From: Eledone cirrhosa
Lineage: Eukaryota
Reading direction: 5' to 3'
NCBI GenBank assembly: GCA_964016885.1
Contig: OZ024743.1
Location: 108,748,001-108,812,000 of the forward strand
Length of the DNA: 64,000 nt
The notes below the pieces were generated by a model. The model saw only the letters and a program-made list of their open reading frames with translations. It searched no databases and was not told the origin of the DNA. The position numbers and the translations under genes are program-made. This document shows, piece by piece, positions 32,281 through 44,235 of the stretch. Positions within the stretch are counted from its first letter, which is position 1. Every line of letters starts with the position of its first letter.

Positions 32281-33925
32281 TCAAACCAATTGGTCATGGA
32301 AGTCGGTCCAGAAGTATCTCCCATCTATTCTTTGTTGATGACCTGAAGTTGTATGGGCCAAATATCAGCTATATTAAAAAAAGCAATTGGACCATATTAC
32401 ACAATTTTCTGCAGACATCAGAATGAAATTTGGTGAGTCCAAATATGCATATTTGACAATGAAACGTGGAAGGGTTGTGCCCGTATCTGGAAATCTAAAG
32501 ATGAAGGGCTTGGCAATAGAACCTTTACAGTCAGGTGACAACTATAGTTATCTTGAAAAGGATAAGAATGTCAGATATGATTGACCCATAAATAAGGATA
32601 GAACCAGACCTGAATACCTCACAAGAGTAAATCAAATATGGTCATCAGAACTATCAGCGTCAACAAATACATTGCCCACAATACGTATGCTGTTTCAAAC
32701 CTAACGCCACCATTTGGTCTGCTGAACTGGTGATTTTAAAGAACTAAGTGAGATGGATGTAAGAACTCGGAAGCTTCTCAGTGTAACTGAAAACGTTAAC
32801 ATCAATGGTGATGTGGATAGGCTATACTTCTCACGTAAGGAATGTGGCCGGTCTTAAATCCATATTAACATCAAACGAGACTCGGATAGTAACACTAAAG
32901 CAACATCTTCAGCCGAAGAAAAAGGTAAGAATCCAGGTTGCCCATGAGCATGAAGGAAATAATATTATTAGATAGCCACTGATCTGGAGGCGATATATGG
33001 AATAAGACCTGATGTAAATCTCTCTCCCGGGGAAATTGGAAGATCATATTCAATTTTCAAACAAGATAAAAAATGGACCAATTCACAGAGAAAGTTGTGC
33101 ATGGGTACCGAGACGAAAAACACAGACCATAGACGGGATAAATCCTTCAAAAATCCTGGCATGGAGTTCTGGCAGGTTTATGACATCCCACCTTGAAGGA
33201 TATATCTATGCAATTAGGAACAAGAAATCCATACCAAATATCTGCTACACAAAAGAGGAGGGCCATCAGTCGACAATAAATATAGGCTACGTAAAACAAA
33301 GATCGAAGTTGTAAGCCACATTGTTGCCAACTGCGAAAGAATGTCGTCTCGCTATTACCTCCCTGTGAGACACGATATTATAGCTAGAACCATCTGCTGC
33401 GCACTTAGGAAAACAAAATTAAAAACTAATGAGGAATAATATGTTGAGATAGATGGCACTAAACAAAACTGGTGGAACCTGATAATAAAAACTGCCATCA
33501 AATTAAGCACTATCTGCCTGATCTTGTTGTTTCAGACAACACATTGAAAACTTGCCTTTTATACAGATCAGCTGCCCACTTGATGTCAAAGTTGTAAGAA
33601 AAATACAGGAGAAGGAGGACATCTACGGACCATTGATGACGAGTTTACAGATCCAGTATCCAAGATACACATTTAGCATCTTACCCATCATTATGGGAGC
33701 TACAGGTTATATACCAAGCCACTTGGAGCAAAGTGTAACTGCACTTGAATTTGTGGACAAAGAGCGCAGCCCCCTAATTAAGAGACTACAAATGGCTGCG
33801 ATAGCTGGCACTTTCAAATTTGCAAAACATTCTTGCGATTCAAAGGATGAGAATTTCTTTTCTTTTACAACCTTGCCACCAGGAGGGTGGCCTGTCAAAA
33901 ATGTACTCGAAATTAGGAGAACGAG
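32281..33925 (+). mobile_element. 5'-truncated, degraded R4/Dong-type non-LTR retrotransposon (RT + restriction-like endonuclease)
   Basis: SHLFFVDDLKLY, MKFGESK, SHLEGYIYAI, SHIVANC..RHD, PDLVV..IQISCPLD, PIIMGATG. Confidence 0.88.
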
Positions 33926-33926
33926 A

Positions 33927-34008
<82 letters not shown>

Positions 34009-34094
34009 CATACACACACATACACACACACACACCCACACACACACACACACATACACACACACACATACATACATACATACAACACAAACAT

Positions 34095-36640
34095 TCGAAA
34101 TAAGTGAGGATACCCTTGAGACTGTGATAGGAAAACTCCAAGATGAGAAAACACACGGAAGAGACATGATTGTGGGCTACTGGTACAACAAACTGATATT
34201 CTATCGGAGGTATCTTACTGACCTCTACCAACAAGTTCTTAAGGGAGATACACGTATACCATAATGTTTAACGTTAGCACAAACATTACTGGTCCCCAAG
34301 AACAAAGACACCCACTTGGTAAAAAACTACCGACCCATTGCATGCCAGAACCTGATGTATAATATGTATACAGCCTGCCTGAACCTATTCCTCCAAGATC
34401 ACTGTGAAAATAATAACATCATCACAGATGGAAAGAAAGGGGTTTGGGGATATGCTGAACAACTCTTAATCAACAAAACTGCGATGTCGGAGGTGCGACA
34501 ACTTAGGAGGAATATGGCTGCAGTCTGGCTGGACTACAGGAAAGCTTTCGATTCTGTTCCCCACTCTTGGATGATAGAGGCCCTCCAACTTGCTAAAGTC
34601 CCAGACATTATTGTCAGAGCCATAGAGAGGCTGTCTTCTTCTTGGGCTACTATCCTAAGGTTATAAACAGAGAGGGAGGACTCTATTTTCACTGATAAAA
34701 TAAAATATTGCAGGGGTATATTTAAGGGGGACAGTCTCTCTGTGATCTTATTCATCTTGTCATTAAACCCCTTGTCCTTTCTGCTCAAGAAATGTGAGGG
34801 ATACATCATTGTCTCATAGGAGGACAGAAATACGAACCTAACCCATAATTTCTTTGTGGACGATCTGAAACTCTATGCCAATAACATGGATGGGATGAAG
34901 AAAAATCTTGACCTGGTTACAACGTTCTCAAAGGATATAGGAATGGAGTTTGGCCAAGATGACTGTAAAGCGGGGAAAAGCAACAACCCAATCTAGCAAC
35001 ATTGTCATCAATCGCCTAACTGTTTCACCGATATCTGATGAGGGCTGCTACAGATACATGGAGATAGCTGAGATATCCTATAATGGTATCTGTAATAAAG
35101 AACGTAACCAGGGAATACTACACCCGATTAATAAAGATCTGGTCATCGGAACTCTCTGCGCGAAACAAAACAGCGGCTCACAATGTGTTTGCTGTGTCTG
35201 TCCTAACACCAACGTTTGGAATACTCAATTGGACGATAGACGAAATCCGAACAGTTGATGTTGGAACTCGAAAAATACTAAACAACACCGGAAACTTCCA
35301 CATTAACAGTGACATAGACCGCCTTTACTTGAAACGTAAGCAGGGAGGCAGTGGCCTAGCACCAGTCCAGACAACATTTGAATGCCGCATCATATCTCTC
35401 TGACAACATCTACGGACCTCGAAGCGTAGGTGCCCGTTTCTCGAGCAAGTCTATCTGCATGAAACAGATAAGTTCATAAGAGTTGGGAAGGAACTCCTCG
35501 AGAGATATTCCCTGTGTGATAATGAAAAACTCACACCCAGGTAAGTGGATCAGCAGTATCGCAGTGAATCCATGGATGAAAAAACTGCATGCTTATCAGC
35601 AAAAAATCATGCATGGATATGTTGCCAGGAAGCTCCAGAGTGAGAGTAATATACATAAGGAAAGTAGTCTATCTTGGACGAAAAACCGCTATATTGGCTC
35701 CCACTTTGAAGGATACGCTTTTGCAATCCAAGTACAGGAGATTAACAAGAAATACCTGATTCACAAAATAGATGGGGAGGCAGGCAAAACACCTAGATCT
35801 GATAACAAGTGCAGACTCTGCAGAAATAACATCGAGGATATCACCCATGTTATCAGCAGCTGTCCAAAGATGTCATCGCGGTACTATCTACCTATGAGGC
35901 ATGATATAGTGGCCAAAACACTGTACAATGTAGTTCGTAAAAAAGATAGCCCCGATAATAAACACAATAAAAGCTACAGCAATGTGGAAGACATCCATGT
36001 ACATAATATGAAAGAGTACAGGTGGAATGTTCCAGTAAAAACCCCAATAAAATGCAGGCATATAAGACCAGATATTATGATATGGGACAGGGAGAAGAAA
36101 GCATGCACAGTAGTGCAAATTAGCTGCCCAGCAGATGCCAATATAATATCAAAGATTAGCGAAAAGGAGAATATTTATGCAGAACTGATGAGAAATCTGC
36201 AGATACTGCACCCTGATTACACCTTTAGATTTATGCCCGTGATTATTGGGGCACTGGGGTATGTTAGTAACTGCCTCAATACAAATCTTGAGAAGCTAGG
36301 CTTCACAGGTACAGAAAGAACACAACTAGTTCAGAAAATCCAAGTACAATCCATTAAGGGAACCGTAAAATTATGTAAAACATTCCAAAAATGTTGCATC
36401 TAATAACTGCATATACACATGGACATATACAAAGCAGATACACATGCACACATACAACTCAAAACATACACATCCACACATACAATAACATCCATATCTA
36501 CACATGCAGACATGCATACATAATCTACCTAGTTGATGTTGTGTAAATTCCAATGAGAGAGTATTTTCTTTATGTTAGAAACCGATTCTCTCTCTATTGG
36601 TAACAAATTGTGAAATTATAAACACAGAAGAACATACACG
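34095..36640 (+). mobile_element. Second R4/Dong-type element, 5'-truncated
   Basis: NYRPIAC, WLDYRKAFDSVPHSW, GIFKGDSLS, FFVDDLKLY; ORF 35483-36403 with CRLC..HVISSC knuckle, RHD and RPDIMIWD..VQISCPAD RLE motif. Confidence 0.93.
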
Positions 36641-37364
36641 TACATACATACATACATACATACATACATACATACATACATACATACATACATACATACA
36701 TACACACACATACATACGTAAATACATACATACATACTACTCATGCATGCATAACACCATACAATCTTACAGGCTTACATAATGCATCCATCCATATATA
36801 GATACATAAATACCTAAAACACGACTTTACCTCGGTATCTACGCGTTTAACGCATTCAGCAGTATCATAGATTAAAGGTAAATACATTTAAGATTGACAA
36901 ACAATTTGAAATATATTGATATGTACCAATGTAATTACGGATGAGTTTAGACTTCCCCACAAATATATTGCCTATCTTAGGTAAATATCCTTCTATTACG
37001 TTCAATGTTTATCCAACAATGTCCTGGAGATAGTCAACAAATCTAAAAAATAAAATCACATATCTTAGGTAATATGCACACCAGGATATCATAAACTTTG
37101 TTTAAATTATGTTTGTATGCATGGAAGTAAGTGTGTATGTGTGTAAGCTTGTATGTACGTATGTATATATGTATGTATGTATCTATGTTTTGTGTGAATG
37201 TATGAATATATGCATTCATGTATGTATGTTTGTATGTATGTATGCATGTATGCATGTGTGTGTAAATGTTTTTGTATACTTGCATCTATACGCACACTCC
37301 GAATTATAAGAATCCCCCCACCCACCCACACACGCGCGCGCGCACACACACAGACACACACACA

Positions 37365-37473
<109 letters not shown>

Positions 37474-37475
37474 TT

Positions 37476-37935
37476 ATTTATTAAAATAACAGATTAAAGT
37501 TTAAGCAAAGATTCGATGCTTTCACCCTTAACGGGATCTTCTGAAACTAACAAAATCAATCTGTAAACGCAGAAGTGGATATTTCAAAAAACGTTGCAAC
37601 CGGAGGAAGACAGGAAGACGATACTTTGGTTCGTGGTAACGTTCCCTGGCAAAGAACGGAAAAAAACGAATATTATACGTCATTAATAGGAGCGGTGAAA
37701 AACAATTACACGCAAAGACAGACCCACGTTTATGGTATAAAACAAGTCGTAGACTAATGTTCTCTTAGGTGGTTCATAGAGACGTTCTCTGGCAATGAAC
37801 GGAAAAAACGAAGATAATACATCATATGTGGACCGTGGAGAACAATTGCACGCAAAGACAAAACCACGTAAATGGTATAGCTGAAGTCGTAGACTAAAAT
37901 TCTAACTAGGAAACCGAAAGAATCTCCGCTTCAGA
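37476..37935 (-). mobile_element. Non-coding repeat with internal ~140-bp tandem duplication; inverted sister copy at 57013-57345
   Basis: Clear reverse-complement similarity between the two loci; both abut (TA)n. Confidence 0.8.
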
Positions 37936-38227
37936 GTTAAGAATAAAGTAAATAAAATACAATACAGAGGTAATAGAAATTAAATAAATACATACCCGCA
38001 TGCAAATACGTACATACACAAGCATACGCGAAGACACTTACCGTAGGTATAGAAAACCACGCACATATAAATATGTGTGTGTGTGTGTGTGCGTGTATAT
38101 AAATAAATAAATAAATAAATAAATAAACGTATATAAATAAATAAATACGTATATAACAAGCGCACACACATACCTACATGTAAATACACAAATGTTCGGA
38201 TATTACGTCAACCAAAACATGAAGTAC

Positions 38228-40525
38228 ACAGGAGGCTGGACTTGTGTATTTCCTTGAAACGTTTATTATACTATGATCATTTCAATGACCGGTTTCCGTA
38301 TGAATCCGGTGATATCATCAGGTATTCGAAATATAATAAATGCATGTAACAGATAAAATCTATGGGGCGGAAAATCATAGACCGAGGACGACCGACCATC
38401 TAGCATCTTCCACTTTAGCCGGTCGCCCGTAAGTGCTGCCTATTCGGTCTACTTAAGGCTATCTGGTGAGGGGGCCAAAGCTTATAATGTGCGACTAACC
38501 TCCCTGTCAAAGAGGAAAACAGACAGAAAGAAAGAAGAAAAGTCAGCGTTAATGTCATGGTATAATCAGGCTAGGAATTGCCGCGAAAAATGTTATTCTA
38601 AAGAACCTATATCTTAACAGAGGTATATATTATAACAGAGGTATATATTATGGCGTCTGCATGGTATAATGTGTGAACAGAAAATTGGAAGGTTAAATTT
38701 TTGTTTAGATTTATAGGATGAAATAAAAAAAAATTATATTAAATATTAAAATTATAAATTAAAAAAAATTTGAAAATTAAAAAATTAAACAGTTTAAAAA
38801 AACTTATGGTTTGTGTTGCGAGATTTAATTAAATCATTTACAGAGAGAGTCTTTTATGAAAAAATGTTAAGTGTAATATAGAGATGCACGATACATTTTC
38901 AGGGTGGGATATAGAGTAAAGATTAAGTCTTTGTTTAGCAGTCAAACAGCACGCAACGACTGCAGACTCCGGCCAGCCCATCCTAACCATGTGTCAGCCA
39001 TTCCGAATGAAAACGTCTAACGAGAGATTTGGAAATCAATTTTTCCTAGCACTCGAGGAATGTAACTGTTCTAGGTTTCGGGTGTGCTAGTGGGAAGTCA
39101 GCCATCGGTGTTAGGCCATCGTTATACAAAATGAGTACTATTAATTTACACAGGAGGGGGATTTGTTTAAGTGCCATTAGAGGGAAGCCTGATACAGCTA
39201 ATAGTTATGATTAGGCCTAGAATTTAAAGGTAATATATGGCGGTCAAAAACGGCTACGCGGCGGGCCCCGGGGCGAAGCGAGCCGCTCCAAGTAATTTCA
39301 TTTACCGAAAGAAGGGGAAATTTGTTTTTCCAAGTACTCAAGGGATGCTTATGCACCAGGGCACCGGGCGCGCAGCCAGGAAAACCACCACACCAGTCGG
39401 ATCATCGCGTGTAATCAATTATAAAACCCGATGAAAAGCGCAAATAGACTATATCTAGGTCCCCAGATAGTCTGGGTTATAAGTATTGTGGTTTTCAGGG
39501 GGAGATATTCTAGTGTCGTGTGGTAATGAGGAAAATGATAAGTACTTAAAGAGAGTAAAGCGAGTAAAAACCTAAATAAAAAGAACAGTAGGCGAAAACC
39601 AAGAAAACATAGATAAATAAAAGCAGAATACGAAGATAAAAACACATTAATAAAGTAAAAAGTTAGAAATATGTAAATAAATAATTAAATGAAAAAATAC
39701 ATAAAACAATAAATATAACGCCGTCATAGCTAGAGTGGTGGTGTATTAAAACGGAAGTATATAGGAACATATCGGAGAAATCAAAACACAGGGGAAATAC
39801 AATATAGATCAAGTTGCAGTTAAATAATGCATATAGATATAGAGGATGGAAGAGATGGAATCAGTGTGTGTTCGAGCCTCAGTAATCAGTGGGAATTACA
39901 AAAGCCTGGAAGTATAGGGTAGAGAATTCAGTCAATACAGTACAGTACAATACAGGTTATGGTATAATCCGTAGAATTTTGTCGAACTCTGAATATTCCC
40001 GACAGGGTAGTAGCATCGGACCAGGTGGGCGGTAGACAAGGCGCAGAGTAGCCAAAATCCGAATGGTGAGTAGATCAAGTCAGTCCCAGGCTGTTGTTCA
40101 TTATTACATCTGGAAGCACTCAACATTTCAGGAGCATTATTTATTTAGGTTTGAATTTTCACCACTGGATAGAGTTGGTCATTCCGTATGGTCAATCTTG
40201 ATGTAATAATATGGAGAGTACTCAACGTAAAGCAGCTCAACCGTCTTCGTTAGTGTAGTTGGTTGTGCGAGTACGGAGTTAAATATTATAATAAAATGAC
40301 AGGCGGCTGGACTTGTGTAAGTCCTTGAAAGGTTTATTATACTATGATCATTTCAATGACCGGGTTCCGTATGAATCCGGTGATATCAACAGGTATTCGA
40401 AATATAATAAAAGCATGTAACAGATAAAATCGATGGGGCTGAAAATCATAGACCCGAGGACGATGACCATCTAGAATCTTCCACTTTAGCCGGTCGCCCT
40501 CAGGTGCTGGCTATTCGGTCTACTT
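38228..40525 (-). mobile_element. Element bounded by ~227-bp direct repeats (38228-38454, 40299-40525) containing an HHR-like motif
   Basis: Highly similar direct repeats; minus strand CTGATGA...GAAA-CCGG-TC-ATTGAAAT; no intact internal ORF. Confidence 0.75.
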
Positions 40526-40580
40526 TTGTCTTTTTTTCTTCTCTTTGACCAGGAGGTTAGTAGCACATTATAAGCTTTCG

Positions 40581-40629
<49 letters not shown>

Positions 40630-40633
40630 GTGG

Positions 40634-40678
<45 letters not shown>

Positions 40679-40682
40679 GTGG

Positions 40683-40745
<63 letters not shown>

Positions 40746-41107
40746 GGAAAAAATGTAACGAAATTTCATTTCCCACTATTAGTACGGCTGTTACTTAAAT
40801 ATAAGTATGTACACGTACATACATATATGTATACAGACGTACAGTAGTATGTATATATATATATATATATATACATACATGCACACATATATATATATGT
40901 ACGTATGGATTTACCGAACATTTATTATAATGCCCGGTGTGTTTGTAAACAAACATCCCGTATTAAGCCGTAGTGTCCAGCAACTATCGTTGCTCGTTTG
41001 TTCAACACTGACAAAGGAACGTTGTACTAGTTTCAAGCTTATTAGCTATCGTCAGCAACGTATACCTTCCTGCCAGATTGTTGAACGTATATACTTACCT
41101 TATTCTC

Positions 41108-41360
41108 ATTAACGGCTGAGTAGCCAATTTGCATATCGAGTGAGTTAATCAGCCGGGTCACCGAAAACGATAAACTGAAAACATGAAACGAAATTTCATT
41201 TCCCACTCTTATATATGTGTGCATGTATGTATATATATATATATACATACTACTGTAAGAGTTGAAAATGAAATTTCGTTTCATTTTTTCCGTTTATCGT
41301 TTTAGGTGCACCCGTTGATTAACCCACTCGATATGCAAATTGGGCTACTCAGCCGTTAAT
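41108..41360. repeat. Imperfect inverted repeat (~104-bp arms)
   Basis: ATTAACGGCTGAGTAGCC...CCACTCTTA versus TAAGAGTTG...GGCTACTCAGCCGTTAAT. Confidence 0.85.
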
Positions 41361-41366
41361 ATGCAT

Positions 41367-42297
41367 AAGAAAATTGGGCGACTGGCACATCGAATGTGCT
41401 CAGGCGCTCACAGCCCTCTGGCAGGCGGACCCCGCGATCAGTGGATACTCCACTTCGTCATTCTATAGAGGGTTGATCCGCAGCAAGTGCGACGACGCAA
41501 TCGGTTAAACTATAGGCGTAGAGGAAGATGAACTTGCCAGTCTGTTCGGTAGGACCTTCCGCCCGGGACCGATGGACAACTTCCAAAAGTCCCTGGCCTG
41601 GCAGTGCTCCCGAGGAGCTCTACCAGTTTGAGACAAGCTCTACAGACATGGGCGCCTGGGCAGGGACCCTGCAAAAAAGATTTGTTCGAGGTGCGTGCGA
41701 GACGAAAAAACCGTCGCGCACGCATTCATACACTGCCCGGGCGTCACTGACCTGTGGGGCTATGTAGAACGATTATTGTCGCGGGTGGGACCAATCCGGT
41801 TGACCACCGAGTCCATTGTCATGATCAAACCGCCACCCTACTTCAAAAACGAAGCTATGGCTAAAGAGGTTGTATGGTGGACAACTGATTCTTTTTTTCA
41901 AATACCACTTTGGAAGAAGAATCAGGATGGAGAGAGAGGTGCTGTACCCAAGCATGTTTTATGAAAGGTGCGTGAAAGTCGCGAGAATGGCCCGAGTGAA
42001 TGGGCCATCTCTCTATATCAGCCTGTAGGTTGAGGAAAAGGAGGAGGAGAGGAAAGGAGTACAAACTCTTCGTACTCCTGGAGATGAGGGTTGCACATTT
42101 TTTCGGGGGTATGTGTTACCCATATAAACTGTCTCCCTCTATTGGGGAAAATCGACTAACTTTTTAAATTGCATTTGTGATAACATTTTACACGTTTTTA
42201 TTGTATGTAAACTTCCCCCTTTGTATTTGTCCCCTTCTTTTGTGCCCCTGTGGCTAATAAAGAAACATATCTATATATTTATCTATCTATCCATCTC
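41367..42297 (+). mobile_element. 5'-truncated Tx1/L1-clade element (ORF2 end + 3' UTR)
   Basis: Collinear with 46920-47830; EKTVAHAFIHCP C-terminal zinc-binding region; AATAAA then ATCT-rich tail. Confidence 0.9.
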
Positions 42298-42699
42298 GGA
42301 GAAGATACACGTGTTTTTGTTTCGCTCCTGAATTTTGTCGGAATTTATTACGAGAAGCGGTAGGTTTGTTTAAGTAATTTGTTATTTGTTGTGTTTAACC
42401 CCTCGCCTGGGCCTGCAGACGTTGGGTAAAATAAATTTCGCCCCCCCCCCCCAAGGAAAGTGATAGAGACAAGGTAGCAGCACAACGCTGTAAGCCTTCC
42501 CTCCTCACACCCGCAAAAGACACCAAGGAATCAAAAGAAAAAATTGTGGAAATAGCAATTACAAAAACAAAAACAAAAATGACAATAACAACACAACCAA
42601 CAACAGCAACAATTACAATAACAGCACAACCTACAACAGCAATAATGACAACACCAAGAAAGGAAAAAAAGCAAGCCAACACGAATAACAACCACATCA

Positions 42700-43560
42700 A
42701 TGATAACAACACGAAAGAAAACGAACCCACAGCTGCAGTCTTCTTCGCACAGGCGGTCTGAGAAACGTAGACATACAAGGCACTGGACATCACATGCCAA
42801 CAAATTGCTGAAAGAAGCAAGGCATTGTGTAACTTTCGGGGAAGGTGGGGAATTCACAATTACCTCCCCCGAAGAAATTAGAAGGGATACAGTCCTGAGG
42901 ACCGTAATCTTTAGGACAGTTTCCAAAATGACTAGGAAACCGGCTCAATTGTCCCAAAGTGAAATTGATCTGGTCCTAAGTAGTGCCTGGAAGGATATCG
43001 CTTTCATACAGAAAGGGAAACTGTATGGAAACATATCTGTTTTAATGCAAGATGAATTGGCGGCATGGAAATATTCTGAGTATCCAAAGCATACACCTTT
43101 TCCCCCACATATTTGGGGAAAAGAACTCAAAAAGATAAGAATCTCGGGCATCAGGGTAAATGCGAGCCTTTGGTGGGTGCTAACGGGATTCTTAGAAGAT
43201 GAGGACACAATCCTTTCGATAGGCGAATCCACCGGGGGCGTATTCGGCGGCAATAGCCTTGAAGCTCTGGTCCAAATGAAACCAGAACGGATAGCAAGAA
43301 TACCGCAGCGTGTGTCCCTGGATGGAGTCGCCTTCATATACATTTCTGTTGAGGGCAGGCGGCCTTCCTGCTACCAGTATTCCAGAAGTGGTCACCTGAG
43401 GGCTTCCTGTCCCCTGTTAAATGCCTCCCCCCCCAAAAAAAATGACGCTTCTGCCCACCCTACACACAACAACACAACCAACACCACCACAACAACAACC
43501 TCAACAACACGAAGAAATAACAACACAAGACACCGTCCCACCCAACCCCTCCCCACCTAA
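42700..43560 (+). pseudogene. Tx1 ORF1 (gag-like) main fragment
   Basis: IPQRVSLDG..ISVEGRRPSCYQYSRSGHLRASCP (degenerate CCHC knuckle); frameshifted flanks include FAQAV and FQPVKRKKRR. Confidence 0.8.
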
Positions 43561-44235
43561 AATAAATACAAAAACAACCACAACAAAACTCAAAAATATA
43601 CCCTCCCCAACAACACGGACGAGGACCCCTTATCAACGTCACCCAGTGACGACGAGGGAGAACCCTTTCAACCTGTAAAAAGAAAGAAAAGAAGGCACCA
43701 CATTAACAAAAATGCAACAAACACAGAAACCACCACCACAAACATCACAAACAAAAAAACAAACCCCTCCCGAAAACATAACATACTACAAAACGCAAAC
43801 ACACACAAGAACAACAAACAAAAACAAACACAACACAACAAAAACAGTATACATACATCAACACAAACAACAAAACACTTGTGGAACCAATATACAAAGA
43901 CCCAACGCGGCGACTAAACCGCATTTACAAATGATTAGGGTCCCTAGGGACACGTACGCAATGCTCAAACAGAACTTTCCCGAGGACGTGGGGAAACCCT
44001 GTACTAGACCTATCAACCGCGTCCTCTTGAAATGTTTCACCACCACCACCCCAGGAACCCCTCCCCACCAAACACCCTCACCCCACCACACACTGATGTC
44101 CCCACCACATACCAAACCACCACCCCACCAAGCAACCCCGCCGACACCCCCATGGAAATTGTGCAGCCTGGTCCCAGGAGAAGGGCAGGTAGGTGTCTTT
44201 TCCTTTATCTCCACTCTAAACTCTTCACCACCAAC

